Assembly (NCBI RefSeq): GCF_030028105.1
Contig: NC_092382.1
Coordinates: forward strand, 100,456,699-100,520,698
Source of the DNA: Mobula birostris
Taxonomy: Eukaryota
Reading direction: 5' to 3'
DNA: 64,000 nt
Numbering within the stretch: the stretch's first letter is position 1; each line of letters begins with the position of its first letter. Below the pieces are notes generated by a model that made no database searches, was not told the origin of the DNA, and worked only from the letters and a program-made list of their open reading frames with translations. Below, in pieces: positions 1 to 11,510 of this stretch. The position numbers were made by a program, and so were the translations under genes.

Positions 1-125
1 ATCGAGGACTGGGGTTGAGGAGGAGATAAAACAAAGAGGATCAGCTATGATTCACTGGCGGAGCAGACTCGATGTGTCAGTTGGCCTAATTCTGCCCCTA
101 TGTCTTATGGTCTTATGGTTTTATG
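1..125 (+). mobile_element. CR1 LINE 3' end
   Basis: 3' hairpin region and (TCTTATGG)n-type terminal repeat. Confidence 0.7.
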
Positions 126-528
126 TAGACGCGTGTTGACATTGGGTCTGGTCCCGTTGAAGATGCATTGGTTCAAGAGTGATTTGTAAGTCTGGATTCG
201 GAGCCAGCTTGTCCAGTTTATTTTTCGCGTGTCCATCGACTCGTGCATGTGAAAGGCTTCGCCTGCGAGGGAGGGCCTGCGAGCGGCCCGCAAGTGTGTC
301 CGCACAAGCCGGCGCCTGCGCAGCCGCTCCGCTAACTCTGCATGGAGGCCCGTGGCCGGTGAGGCTCCGCGGGGAACCGCGCTGAGACCTCGGTTGCCCG
401 TGGCTTGAATGGAAGTGTAGTCGGGTGGATTGACGGAGCTGTGGGCAGCGTGGAGGGCTGTCGGGAACGCAGCTGGAAGAGTTATTTCTGGTTTATTGTT
501 ACCGGTGTGTGTGTCTGTTGGCACTGGG

Positions 529-822
529 TGTGTTGGCCCGTGGCCAAGTGCTCAGGGCGTTTGTCTAGTGATCTGAAGGTCGCTAGTTCAAGCCTCAGCT
601 GAGGCAACTTGTGTGTCCTTGAGCGAGGCACTTAACCACACATTCCTCTGCGACGACACCGGTCCTAGTGCCCTTCCCTTGGACAACATCGGTGGCGTGG
701 AGAGGGGAGACTTGCAGCATGGGCAACTGCTGGTCTTCCGTACAACCTTGCCCCGTCCTGCGCCCTGGAAACCTTCCAAGGCGCAAATCCATGGTCCCAT
801 GAGACTTACGGGTCCCTATATT
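529..822 (+). mobile_element. tRNA-derived CORE-type SINE
   Basis: A box TGGCCAAGTG, B-box-like GTTCAAGCC, MIR-core-like GTGTCCTTGAGCGAGGCACTTAACC; five further copies in the window. Confidence 0.8.
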
Positions 823-876
823 GTTATTGGAGCGGCGGAGGGTGACGGAAGATCTGCTGGATGTTTTAGATTACGA

Positions 877-1530
877 GATAGAGTAGATGCGGCGAGGATG
901 TTTCCTATAGCGGGGGGAGTCTAAGACCAGAGGGCACAGATAGAGTGGATGTAGAGAGGATGTTTCCTATAGTGGAGGGAGTCTAGGACCAGAGGACACA
1001 GATAGAGTGGATGTGGAGAGGATGTTTCCTATAGTGGGGGAGTCTAGGACCAGAGGACACAGATAGAGTGGATGTGGAGAGGATGTTTCCTGTAGTGGGG
1101 GAGTCTAGGACCAGAGGACACAGATAGAGTAAATGTGGAGAGGATGTTTCCTGTAGTGGGGGAGTCTAGGACCAGAGGACACAGATAGAGTGGATGTGGA
1201 GAGGATGTTTCCTATAGTGGGGGAGTCTAGTACCAGAGGATACAGATAGAGTGAATGTGGAGATGATGTTTCCGGTAGTGGGGGAGTCTAGGACCAGAGG
1301 ACACAGATAGAGTGGATGTGGAGAGGATGTTTCCTATAGTGGAGGGAGTCTAGGACCAGAGGACACAGATAGAGTGGATGTGGAGAGGATGTTTCCTATA
1401 GTGGGGGACTCTAGGACCAGAGGACACAGATAGAGTGAATGTGGAGAGGATGTTTCCTGTAGTGAGGGGAGTCTAGGACCAGAGGACACAGATAGAGTGG
1501 ATGTGGAGAGGATGTTTCCTGTAGTGGGAA
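877..1530 (+). repeat. 61-bp CR1-derived minisatellite, array 1 (~11 units)
   Basis: Unit GATAGAGTGGATGTGGAGAGGATGTTTCCTATAGTGGGGGAGTCTAGGACCAGAGGACACA, equivalent to the CR1 ORF2 segment DRVDVERMFPIVGESRTRGH. Confidence 0.95.
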
Positions 1531-1574
1531 AGATAGATTACGAGATCTATCATAGTCTATAGATTAATCTTGAT

Positions 1575-2455
1575 AAATAGATTCAGATTATGAGAGGCAT
1601 GGATGGAATGGACAGACGGTGTCTTTTCCCGAGGACCAAAATCTCTAATACTACAGGGCCTAGATGTAAGGTGAGAGGGGATAGGTCGAAGGAGATGCGA
1701 GGGGCAAGACATTTACACGCAGAGTCGAATACGCTCCCTGGGGCGGTGAAAGAGCCAGTAAACACGGTGGTCTTTTAACAGAGGTTTGGACAGACGCCTG
1801 AACGTGGCGGAAACGGAGGGAAGTGGGAATTGCGCGGGCAAGCGGGGTCAGTCTAGTTGCCCATTTGATCACGGCGCAGCGTTGTGGGCTCCTGCGCGGT
1901 GACAATGCCCCTCTCGCTGGCTGTGGGAAGGCTGGGAGACCGCCAGCCTCCCTGGAAACTGCAGCCGCGAGAGGTGCGCCCGGCTACAGCTTCTATCAAT
2001 CGGTGCGTCAAGGAGTTGGAGCTGGAAACTGGGTGAAATCTGGTCTCCGTACTTGAGGAAGGATACACAGGCTTTGGAGAGGCGGTGCACAGGAGGTTCA
2101 CCGGGTTGATCCCAGGGATGAAAGGGTTAACCTATGATGAGAGATTGAGTTGCCTGGGGCTATGCTCTCTGGAATTCCAAAGAATGACAGGGGATCTTAT
2201 AGAAATATACAAAATCTTGAAAGGGATAGATAAGGTAGAAGTGGGAAAGTTGTTTCCATTGGTAGGCGAGACTGGGACAAGGGGACATTGCCACAAGATT
2301 CAGGGGGATGAGGAGATGAGGAGAAACTGTTTCTCCCAGGGAGTGGTGAATCTGTGGAATTCTCTGCCCAGGGAAGCAGTTGAGGCTTCTTCACTGAATA
2401 TATTTACGATACAGTTAGATAGGTTTTTACATAGTAAGGGAATTGAAAAATAGCT
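1575..2455 (+). mobile_element. Decayed CR1 ORF2 3' fragments
   Basis: ORF 2085-2453 RRFTGLIPGMKGLTYDERL...NLWNSLP is the CR1 C-terminus. Confidence 0.8.
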
Positions 2456-2518
2456 TTTTACCAGGAGCTATAATTGCTCTGAACCAATCGATCAAGCTTC
2501 ATCCATAAATTTGTTATA

Positions 2519-3725
2519 TTAGTGTCCTTTGAGGAGGTGACCAGGCATATAGATGAGGGTAGTGCAGTGGATGTGATCTATACGGATTTTAGTAAGGCGT
2601 TTGACAAGGTTCCACACGGTAGGCTTATTCAGAAAGTTAGAAAGCATGGGATCCAGGGACGTTTGGCCAGGTGGATTCAGAATTGGCTTGCCTGCAGAAG
2701 GCAGAGGGTGGTGGTGGAGGGAATACATTCAGATTGGAGGATTGTGACTAGTGGTGTCCCACAAGGATCTGATCTGGGACCTCTATTCTTCGTGATTTTT
2801 ATTAACGACCTGGATGTGGGGGTAGAAGGGTGGGTTGGCAAGTTTGCAGACGACACAAAGGTTAGTGGTATTGTGGATAGTGTAGAGGATTGTGGAAGAT
2901 TGCAGAGAGACATTGATGGGATGCAGAAGTGGGCTGAGAAGTGGCAGATGGAGTTCAACCCGGAGAAGTGTGAGGTAGTACTCTTTGGAAGGACAGACTC
3001 CAAGGAAGAGTACAAAGTAAATGGCAGCATACTTGGTAGTTTGCAGGAGCAGAGGGATCTGGGGGTACATGTCCACAGATCCCTGGAATTTGCCTCACAG
3101 ATAGATAGGGTAGTTAAGAAAGCTTATGTGGTGTTAGCTTTCATAAGTCGAGGGATAGAGTTTAAGAGTCGCGATGTAATGATGCAGCTCTAGAAAACTC
3201 TGTTTAGGCCACACTTGGAGTACTGTGTCCAGTTCTGGTCGCCTCACTATAGGAAGGATGTGGAAGCATTGGAAAGGGTACAGAGGAGATTTACCAAGAT
3301 GCTGCCTGGTTTAGTGTATGGATTATGATCAGAGATTAAGGGAGCTGGGGCTTTACTCTCCGGAGAGAAGGAGGTTGAGAGGAGACATGATAGAGGTGTA
3401 CAAGATAATAAGAGGAATAGATAGAGTGGATAGCCAGCGCCTCTTCCCCAGGGCACCACTGCTCAGTACAAGAGGACATGGCTTTAAGGTGAGGGGTGGG
3501 AAGTTCAAGGGGAAGGTTTTTTACTCAGAGTGTGGTTGGTGCGTGGAATGCACTGCCTGAGTCAGTGGTGGAGGCAGATACACTAGTGAAGTTTAAGAGA
3601 CTACTAAACAGATGTATGGAGGAAGTTAAGGTGGGGAGTTATATGGGAGGCAGGGTTTGAGGGTCGGCACAACATTGTGGGCCGAAGGGCCTGTACTGTG
3701 CTGTAGTGTTCCATGTTCTATGTTC
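2519..3725 (+). mobile_element. 5'-truncated CR1 LINE (RT domain to tail)
   Basis: DFSKAFDKVPH, GVPQGS, FADD motifs; (CTATGTT)n tail; stop and frameshift present. Confidence 0.95.
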
Positions 3726-4059
3726 TATTGCTACTTTAATACAGGTTTTGTTGTTTTTGGTTGTACCAGCTGGTTACTCGATTTTATTTATAGTTTATTT
3801 ATTTTATTTGTTGTTTTATAGCATTGAGTACGGGAGTTGCAAACTCATTTCCCCCTGCATTAGTGCATGACAAATTGTACCGTGCAATGACAATAAAGGT
3901 ATTTCATTTTCATTTCAGATGTAAGGGTTATGGGAGAAAAGGCAGGTAGATGGAGCTGGGTTTACGGGACAGTCCATCCACAACCTTATTGAATGGCGGG
4001 GCAGGCTCGATGGGCCGGATGGCCTACTCCTGCTCCTATTTCTTCTGTTTTTAACTGCG

Positions 4060-4470
4060 GATCTGAGGCTGAGCGAGGGTGACGGATAGAGAGGTAGTTA
4101 CACCCAAGGTGCCTGACACCGGATACTGGGTGACATTCTGGAAGGGGAAAGGGATTAACGAGCCAGTGTAGAGGCCAGCCGTGGCCATCACCCTCAACAG
4201 CAGGTGCGTCACTGTCGGACACCGTCCGGGGGATTGAACAGAGGGAAGTCGGAGTGGTCGAGTCTGCCTCCGTGACTCGGAAGGAAAGGGGGGAACGGAC
4301 TGGAGCCTCCGCGGGCGAGAACGGGATTCCCGGATGGGACGTTACCTCCCGGGTGCCAGGGGTCCGGGATGTCTCGGATCGAGTCCTCAAGCACTATAAC
4401 GTGGGAGGGTGAACAGCCAGAGGTCGTGGTCCAATGTAGAGCGGTGCCGTTCGAAATTCTATGTCCTGTG
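4060..4470 (+). mobile_element. CR1 ORF1 (SGNH esterase-like) remnant
   Basis: Interrupted frame resembling RDSRMVCCLPGARVRDVSDRV...EGEQPEVVVH, typical of the fish CR1 ORF1 esterase (recognised from memory of the family). Confidence 0.6.
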
Positions 4471-4599
4471 GTCCTTAATCTGGGCGAGTGTGAGACGTCG
4501 CGCTTTGGGACGCACTGAATACACACGTAATGCGCCCAGCGTAGCATGGGAAGCTGGTGGGTCCGAGACCACACCTCGCGGCGGTCAGCTAGGGAAGCG

Positions 4600-7500
4600 T
4601 ATAGATGGGCAAAGATGACTTGTACCATGCTGGCCTGAATTGGTAAGGGGGGTGGTGAGTATGAGACTAAGGAGGTCGCGCCGCAGATGTCTATAAAACG
4701 TTAGCGGACGAGGCAATGCCTACGAGATGGGCTTTTGTGAGCAGTAGTCGAGCCCACCTGGGGCTCAGGCATTATGCTGGCTGTTGTACAGTGAACCGGA
4801 ATTGACGACTGAGCTTAAGGTGAAGGAACCCTGAGGGGAGGGGAGGGGGAAGTGACAACAATGTGATCGAGCTCGCCCTGCAGTTTGAGACAGAGAAGCT
4901 AAAGTCGGGTGCATTCGGAGCGAGGGGAATTACAGAGCCATGAGGGAAGAGGTGGCAAACGTTGGCTGGCAAGGGACACTGGCAGGGATGCCGGCCGAGC
5001 AGCAAGGCAGGCATTTCTGGACGCTATTCGGAAGGCGCAGGATAGACGCGTCCCAAAGAGGAAGAAGTATTCTGAAAGGAGGGTGATACGACAGTGGCTG
5101 ACAAGGAAAGTCAAAGCCAAAATAAGAGAAAGGGGAAGAGTTTGATGGGACGCTGGAGAACTGGGCAGTTTTTAAAAACCAACTGGAAGCGGCTAAGATA
5201 AGTAGGGAGGGAAGGGTGGGGGAGGAGGGGAGGGGTGGGAACGTCGACTCAGATCCTGAGAGGCCTGCGTCGGGCATTTTCATGGCAGATCGGAAGTCTG
5301 TGCGGGGCACCACTCCTCGCACAGACACTAGAGCAATGTGTGGTTAAGTTCCTTGCTCAAGGACGCAAACACGCTGCCACAGCTGAGGCTCGAACTAGCG
5401 ACCTTCAGATCACTAGGCGAACGCCTGAACCACTTGGTCACAAGCCCAACAAGATACGTAACAAAGAAGTAAATAGAAAACACATGTCAAAAGGGTAATG
5501 TTACAACAGTCATGGGAGACTTCAATATGCAGGTAGATTAGGAAAGTCGGGTTGGTGCTGGATTCCAAGGCGGGGGGGAATTTCTAGAGTGCCTACGAGA
5601 TGGGTTTTTTTAGAGCAATTCATGGTTGATCCCGCGAGGGGATCAGCTATTTGGGATTGGCTGTTGCGCAGTGAACAGGAATTCATTAGCGAGCTTAAAG
5701 TAGAGGAACCCTGAGGGGAAAAGGGATGGTAATGTGATCGAATTCACCCTGAAATTTGAGAAGGAAAAGCTAAAGTCAGATGTATCAGTGGAGTAAAGTT
5801 TAGAAGAATGGGGAGAGACCTCATAGAAACATTTCGAATGTTGAAAGGCATGGACAGAGTGGATGTGGCAAAGTTGTTTCCCATGATGGGGGAGTCTAGT
5901 ACTAGAGGGCATGATTTAAGGATTGAAGGGCGCCCATTCAGAACAGAAATGTGAAGAAATTTTTTTAGTCAGAGGGTGGTGAATCTATGGAATTTGTTGC
6001 CACGGGCAGCAGTGGGGGCCAAGTCATTGGGTGTATTTAAAGCAGAGATTGATAGGTATCTGAGTAGCCAGGGCATCAAAGGTTATGGTGAGAAGGCGGG
6101 GGAGTGGGACTAAATGGGAGAATGGATCAGCTCATGAAAAAATGGCGGAGCAGACTCGACGGGCCTAATGGTCGACTTCTGCTCCTTTGTCTTGTGGTCT
6201 TGTGGTAGTAAAGGCAATTACAGAGGCGTGAGAGAGTAGTTGGGACGGAATTGATTGGAAGCGAACACTGGCAGGGATGACGGCAGGGCAGCAATGGTTG
6301 GAATTTCTGGAAACAATTCGGAAAGTGGCAGGATAGATGCATCCCAAAGAGGAAAAGGTATTCTAAAGAAAAGCAAACAGAACCGTAGATAACAAGCGAA
6401 GCCAAAGCCAACATAGAAGCCAAAGAGAGTGCATATAATAGACCAAACATTAGTGGGACGTTAGAAATTGGGATCCTTTTAAAAACCAACAGAAGGTAGC
6501 GAAAAAAGTCATTAAGAAGGTAAAGATGGAACACGAAAGTAAACTAGTCAATAATATTGAGAGGATACCAAAGGTCTCTTCAGATAGATGAAGTGTAAAA
6601 GAGAGGTGACAGTAGATATTGGACTGCTGGAAATCAATGCTGGAGAAAGTGGTAGTAGGAGACAAGGAACTAGCGCATGAACTGAATAAGTATTTTGCAT
6701 TAGTCTTCGCTGTGGAGAGCACCAGCACTATGCCGGAAGTTCGAGAGCGTCAGGTGGCAGATGTGTGTGAGATCGCCTTCATTCATGGTTCTTGGGACAC
6801 TGAAAGATCTAAGGAAGATAGATCACCTGCGCCAGATAGTGTGCAACCCAGGATTCTGAAGGAGGTGGCGGGGGTGTTGTGAAGAGATTGTGGAGGCATT
6901 AGCAAAGATCTTTCGAGAGTCAATTGATTCTGCCATGGATCTGGAGGAAAAGTCACTCCACACTTAGAGATGGGAGAGAGAAGAAGAAAGAGAATGATAG
7001 GCCTGTTAGTCTGACCTTAGTGGTTGGGAAGTTGTTGGTGTCGATAGTTAAAGATGTAGATTTTCGGGGTACATGGAGGCACATGATAAAATAGAGCATT
7101 ACCAGCTTGGTTTCCTCAAGGGAAATTCTTGCCTGGAAATCCTGTTGGAATTCTTTGAAGAAATATCAAGAAAGATAGGCAAAAGAGAATCGGTCGCTGT
7201 TGTGCACTTGAATTTTCAGAAGGCCTTTGACAAGGTGCCACATGTGATTAACAAGTTCTGCGCCCATGGTATTACAGGGAAGATTCTAACATGGATAAAG
7301 CCGATGCTGATTGGCAGGGGGGCAAAGTGCTGGAACCGAGCAAGCCTTTTCTGGTGGGCTGCCGGAAACTAATCGTTTCCATAGGTGGCTGTATAGGGAC
7401 TGCCTCTTCTTACGTTATATCTCAATGATTCGGATGATAGAATTGATGGATTTATGACCACATCTGTTCACGACATGTAGATAGGTGAAGGGGCAGGTAG

Positions 7501-8350
7501 TTTTGAGGCTAACGAAGGACTTCGGTCGATTAGGAGAATGGGTAGTCAGACGGAATATAGAGTCGGGAATTGTATGGTCATGCACTTTGGCAGAAGAAAT
7601 AAAAGCGTAGACTATTTTCTTTGGAGGACAAACTCCAAGGCAGAGTACAAAGCAATGGCAGGATACTTGGTAGTGTGGAGGAGCAGAGGGATCTGGGGGT
7701 ACATGTCCACAGATCCCTGAAAGTTGCCTCACAGGTGGATAGGGTAGTTAAGAAAGCTTATGGTGTGTTAGCTTTCATAAGTCGAGGGATAGAGTTTAAG
7801 AGTCGCGATGTAATGATTCAGCTCTATAAAACTCTGGTTAGGCCACACTTGGAGTACTGTGTCCAGTTCTGGTCGCCTCACTATAGGAAGGATGTGGAAG
7901 CATTGAAATGGTACAAAGGAGATTTACCAAGATGCTGGCTGGTTTAGAGAGTATGCATTATGATCAGAGATTAAGGGAGCTATGGCTTTACTCTTTGGAG
8001 AGAAGGGGGATGAGAGGAGACATGATAGAGGTGTACAAGATAATAAGAGGAATAGATAGAGTGGATAGCCAGCGCCTCTTCCCCAGGTCACCACTGCTCA
8101 ATACAAGAGGACATGCTTTAAGGTAAGGGGTGGGAAGTTCAAGGGGGATAGGAATGTTTTTTACTCAGAGAGTGGTCGGTGCGTGGAATACATTGCCTGA
8201 GTCAGTGGTGGAGGCAGATACACTAGTGAAGATTAAGAGACTACTTGACAGGTATATGGAGGAATTTAAGGTGGGGGCTTATATGGGAGGCACAACGGTG
8301 TGCCGAAGGGCCTGTACTGTGCTGTACTATGTTCTATTGTCTATGTTCTA
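4600..8350 (+). mobile_element. Old fragmented CR1 ORF2 with nested younger CR1 3' ends (5785-6210, 7620-8350)
   Basis: Endonuclease and RT motifs in broken frames (e.g. FQKAFDKVPH in ORF 7073-7372); separate tails at ~6205 and ~8345. Confidence 0.8.
5325..5451 (-). mobile_element. CORE-type SINE, 5' part
   Basis: Reverse complement of the tRNA head and core of the 529-822 family. Confidence 0.8.
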
Positions 8351-9960
8351 ACTGGATAGAGAATCCAAAAATCTGAAGTGCAAAGGTACATGGGAAAATT
8401 CCCTGAAGGTTAATTTACAGGTTGACTCTGAGCTGAGGAAGGCAAATGCAAGATTGGCATTAACTTCGAGAGGACTAGAATATGAAAGCAAGGTTGTAAT
8501 GTTAAGGCTTTGTAAAGCATTGGTGAGGCCCTACTTGGAATACTGTGAGCAGCTTTGTGTCCCTAATCTTAGAAAGGATGTGCTGACACTGGGGAGGGTT
8601 CCACAGGGGTGGGCTAAAAGCATTCTGGGATTGAAACGCTTACCGCATGAGGAGCGTTTGATGTCACTGGGGCTGCAGTCACTGGAATTCAAAAGAATGA
8701 GGGATGACCTCATTCAAACCTATCGAATGTTGAACGTCCTCGATAGAATGGATGTGGAGAGGATGTTTCCTATAGTGAGAGGAGTCTAGGACCAGAGCAC
8801 ACAGATAGAGTGGATGTGGAGAGGGTGTTTCCTGTAGTGGGGGAGTCTCGGACCAGAGGACACAGATAGAGTGGATGTGGAGAGGATGTTTCCTGTAGTG
8901 AGGGAGCCTAGGACCAGAGGACACAGATAGAGTGGATGTGGAGAGGATGTTTCCTGTAGTGGGGGGAGTCTCGGACCAGAGGACACAGATAGAGTGGATG
9001 TGGAGAGGATGTTTCCTGTAGTGGGGGAGTCTAGGACCAGAGGACGCAGATAGAGTGGATGTGGAGAGGATGTTTCCTATAGTGAGAGGAGTCTAGGACC
9101 AGAGGACACAGATAGAGTGGATGTGGAGAGGATGTTTCCTATAGTGGGGGAGTCTCGGACCAGAGAACACAGATAGAGTGGATGTGGAGAGGATGTTTCC
9201 TGTAGTGGGGGAGTCTAGGACCAGAGGACACAGATAGAGTGGATGTGGAGAGGATGTTTCCTGTAGTGGGGGAGTCTAGGACCAGAGGACACAGATAGAG
9301 TGGATGTGGAGAAGATGTTTCCTATCGTGGGGTAGTCTAGGACCAGAGGGCACAGATAGAGTGGATGTGGAGAGGATGTTTCCGATAGTGGGGTAGTCTA
9401 GGACCAGAGGGCACAGATAGAGGGGATGTGGAGAGGATGTTTCCTGTAGTGGGGGAGTCTAGGACTAGAGGACACGGGTAGAGTGGATGTGCAGAGGATG
9501 TTTCCTGTAGTGGGGGAGTCTACGATGGGAGGACACGGAGTGGATGTGGAGTGATGTTTGCTATAGTGGGGGAGCCTAGGACCAGAGGACCCAGATAGAG
9601 TGGATGTGGAGCGGATGTTTTCTATCGTGGGGAGAGTCTAGGACCAGAGGGCACAGACAGAGTGGATGTGGAAAGGATGTTTCCTATAGTGGGGAAATTT
9701 AGGATGAGCACACAAATAAAGTGGATACGGAGAGGATGTTTCCTATAGTGGGGGAAGCTAGGACCAGTGGACACAGATGGAGTGGATATTTCCTGTAGTG
9801 GGGGTGTCTAGGAACAGAGGGCACAGCCTCAGAATAGAGGGGCGGCATTTAGAGCGGAGACGGGGAGGAATTTCTTTAGCCAGAGGCTGGGTGAGTCTGT
9901 GGAGGCCATGTCGTTGGGTGTACTTAAAGCGGAGGTCGCTAGGTCCTTGACTGCTCGGAG
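8350..9960 (+). mobile_element. CR1 3' region hosting minisatellite array 2
   Basis: KALVRPYLEYC...FKRMRDDLIQTYRML leads into the array, and CR1 resumes after it (CAGCCTCAGAATAGAGGGG). Confidence 0.85.
8742..9825 (+). repeat. 61-bp CR1-derived minisatellite, array 2 (~18 units)
   Basis: Same unit as array 1; ends ~250 bp upstream of the D RSS. Confidence 0.95.
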
Positions 9961-10033
9961 CATGATGGGATGCGGGGAGATGACAGCATCAGACGGCGCC
10001 CCAAGCACCACCTGTCCCTGCAACCTGGCCAGT

Positions 10034-10057
10034 GGGCGTGGCCACGTGGCCACGTCA
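10034..10057. promoter_or_regulatory. Candidate D-beta germline promoter motif cluster (GC box, E-box, CRE-like)
   Basis: GGGCGTGG (10034-41), CACGTG (10043-48) and CACGTCA (10051-57), ending ~20 bp upstream of the 5' D RSS. The position is analogous to the mammalian D-beta1 promoter; function is inferred. Confidence 0.5.
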
Positions 10058-10078
10058 CCATATTCGTCCTGTTGTTGT

Positions 10079-10106
10079 TTTTTTTGTGTGACGGTCTAAC
10101 ACCGTG
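10079..10106 (-). promoter_or_regulatory. 5' D recombination signal sequence (12-bp spacer)
   Basis: Read on the minus strand: CACGGTG + 12 nt + ACAAAAAAA. Confidence 0.9.
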
Positions 10107-10119
10107 GGAACAGCGGGGG
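10107..10119 (+). other. TRBD: T-cell receptor beta diversity (D) segment GGAACAGCGGGGG
   Basis: Flanked 5' by nonamer TTTTTTTGT (10079-87), 12-nt spacer and heptamer CACCGTG (10100-06). Flanked 3' by heptamer CACTGTG (10120-26), 23-nt spacer and perfect nonamer ACAAAAACC (10150-58). G-rich, open in all three frames (GTAG / EQRG / NSG), and upstream of the J cluster. Confidence 0.95.
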
Positions 10120-10158
10120 CACTGTGTTACAACCAGGCGGAGGCCCCGTACAAAAACC
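10120..10158 (+). promoter_or_regulatory. 3' D recombination signal sequence (23-bp spacer)
   Basis: CACTGTG + TTACAACCAGGCGGAGGCCCCGT (23 nt) + ACAAAAACC. Confidence 0.95.
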
Positions 10159-10580
10159 TCCCACCACGCGTGAGGGAGCAAGGCCAAGCCTATAAGGTTC
10201 AGCGGAAGCAACCGCACACCCGAGGCATTGGGATGGCAGAGGACTGTGCTTCTTGGAGGAAAATCTATAAGACCGCACCCCTCCCTACACAACCCCTACC
10301 AGACAGGGTAGTGAAGAAGGGGTTTAGCACATCAGTCGGGGATCACAATACAGATGCTAGGGAGTCGTGTTGAAATGCTACGAGACGTTTCTGAGACCGC
10401 ACTTGCCGAGTTAGGGGCCATCCTGTTACCGGGAAGATGTGATTAAACTAGAGAGAGTGCAGAAAAAAAAAATAATTATCACAGGATGCCGCCTGGACAA
10501 AGTTACGAGGAGAGTTTTCACAGATGACGTTTCTATTTCCTGTAGCGCAGGGAGATGAGGGGTGCCCTGAGAGAGGGACA

Positions 10581-11510
10581 TAGTCATAGTCATACTTTAT
10601 TGATCCCGTTACAGCTGCACCATAAATAACAAATAGTAATAGAACCATAAATAGTTAAATAGTAATACATAAATTGTGCCAGGAAATTATGAAATAAGTC
10701 CAGGTCCAGCCTATTGGCTCAGGATGTCTGACCCTCCAAGGGAGGAGTTGTAAAGTTTGATGGCCACAGGCAGGAATGACTTCCTATGACGCTCTGTGTT
10801 GCATCTCGGTGGAATGAGTCTCTGGCTGAATGTACTCCTGTGCCCACCCAGTACATTATGTAGTGGATGGGAGACATTGTCCAAGATGGCATGCAACTTG
10901 GACAGCATCCTCTTTTCAGACACCACCGTCAGAGAGTCCAGTTCCATCCCCACAACATCACTGGCCTTACGAATGGGTTTGTGTTTGTGAGACAGCACAA
11001 GGCTACACGAGATTACGTACAAACAACATTAATAGCTACACTAGACTACAGACCTTCCACGGGACTCGCATTAGGGCAGGGCGGTGCAATAATTAATGAA
11101 CCTGACAATAAGGCACAGGGGAGGACAAATTACAATATAACAATAAATGATGTAGACGTCAGTCTGGACTCTGGGTATTGAGGAGTCTGATGGCTTCGGG
11201 GAAGAAACTGTTACACAGTCTGGACGTGAGAGCCGGAGGAGGGAGAAGGGTTTGTGTGAGGGGTGCGTGGGGGTCCTTCATAATGCTGTTTCCTTTGCGG
11301 ATGCAGCGTGCGGTGTATATGTCCGTAACGGCGGGAAGAGAGACCCCCGATGATCTTCTCAGCTGACCTCACTATCCCCTGCAGGGGTCTTGCGATCCGA
11401 GACGCTGCAATTCCCCAACCGGGCCGTGATGCAGCTGCTCAGGATGCTCTCTGCAGAACGTGGTGAGGGTGCGGTGTGGGAGGTGGACTTTTCGCAGCCT
11501 TGGGAGCATT
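10581..11510 (-). mobile_element. Two Rex1/Babar-type LINE 3' fragments
   Basis: LHAILDNVSHPLH...FLPVAIKLYN; AATAAA + (TGACTA)n tail at 10581; second subfamily at 11090-11510. Confidence 0.8.

Noticed and set aside
529-610. tRNA-like sequences with A and B boxes (also 5325, 21254, 30376, 55250, 63393)
   Set aside because: They are SINE heads continuing into a shared core and tail, not tRNA genes.
1-10078. Search for V segments, leader exons or a second D upstream, and a second D elsewhere in the window
   Set aside because: No V-domain ORF (no C...W...YxC with 23-RSS) and no other 12/23-flanked G-rich core seen by eye; a formal RSS scan was not run.
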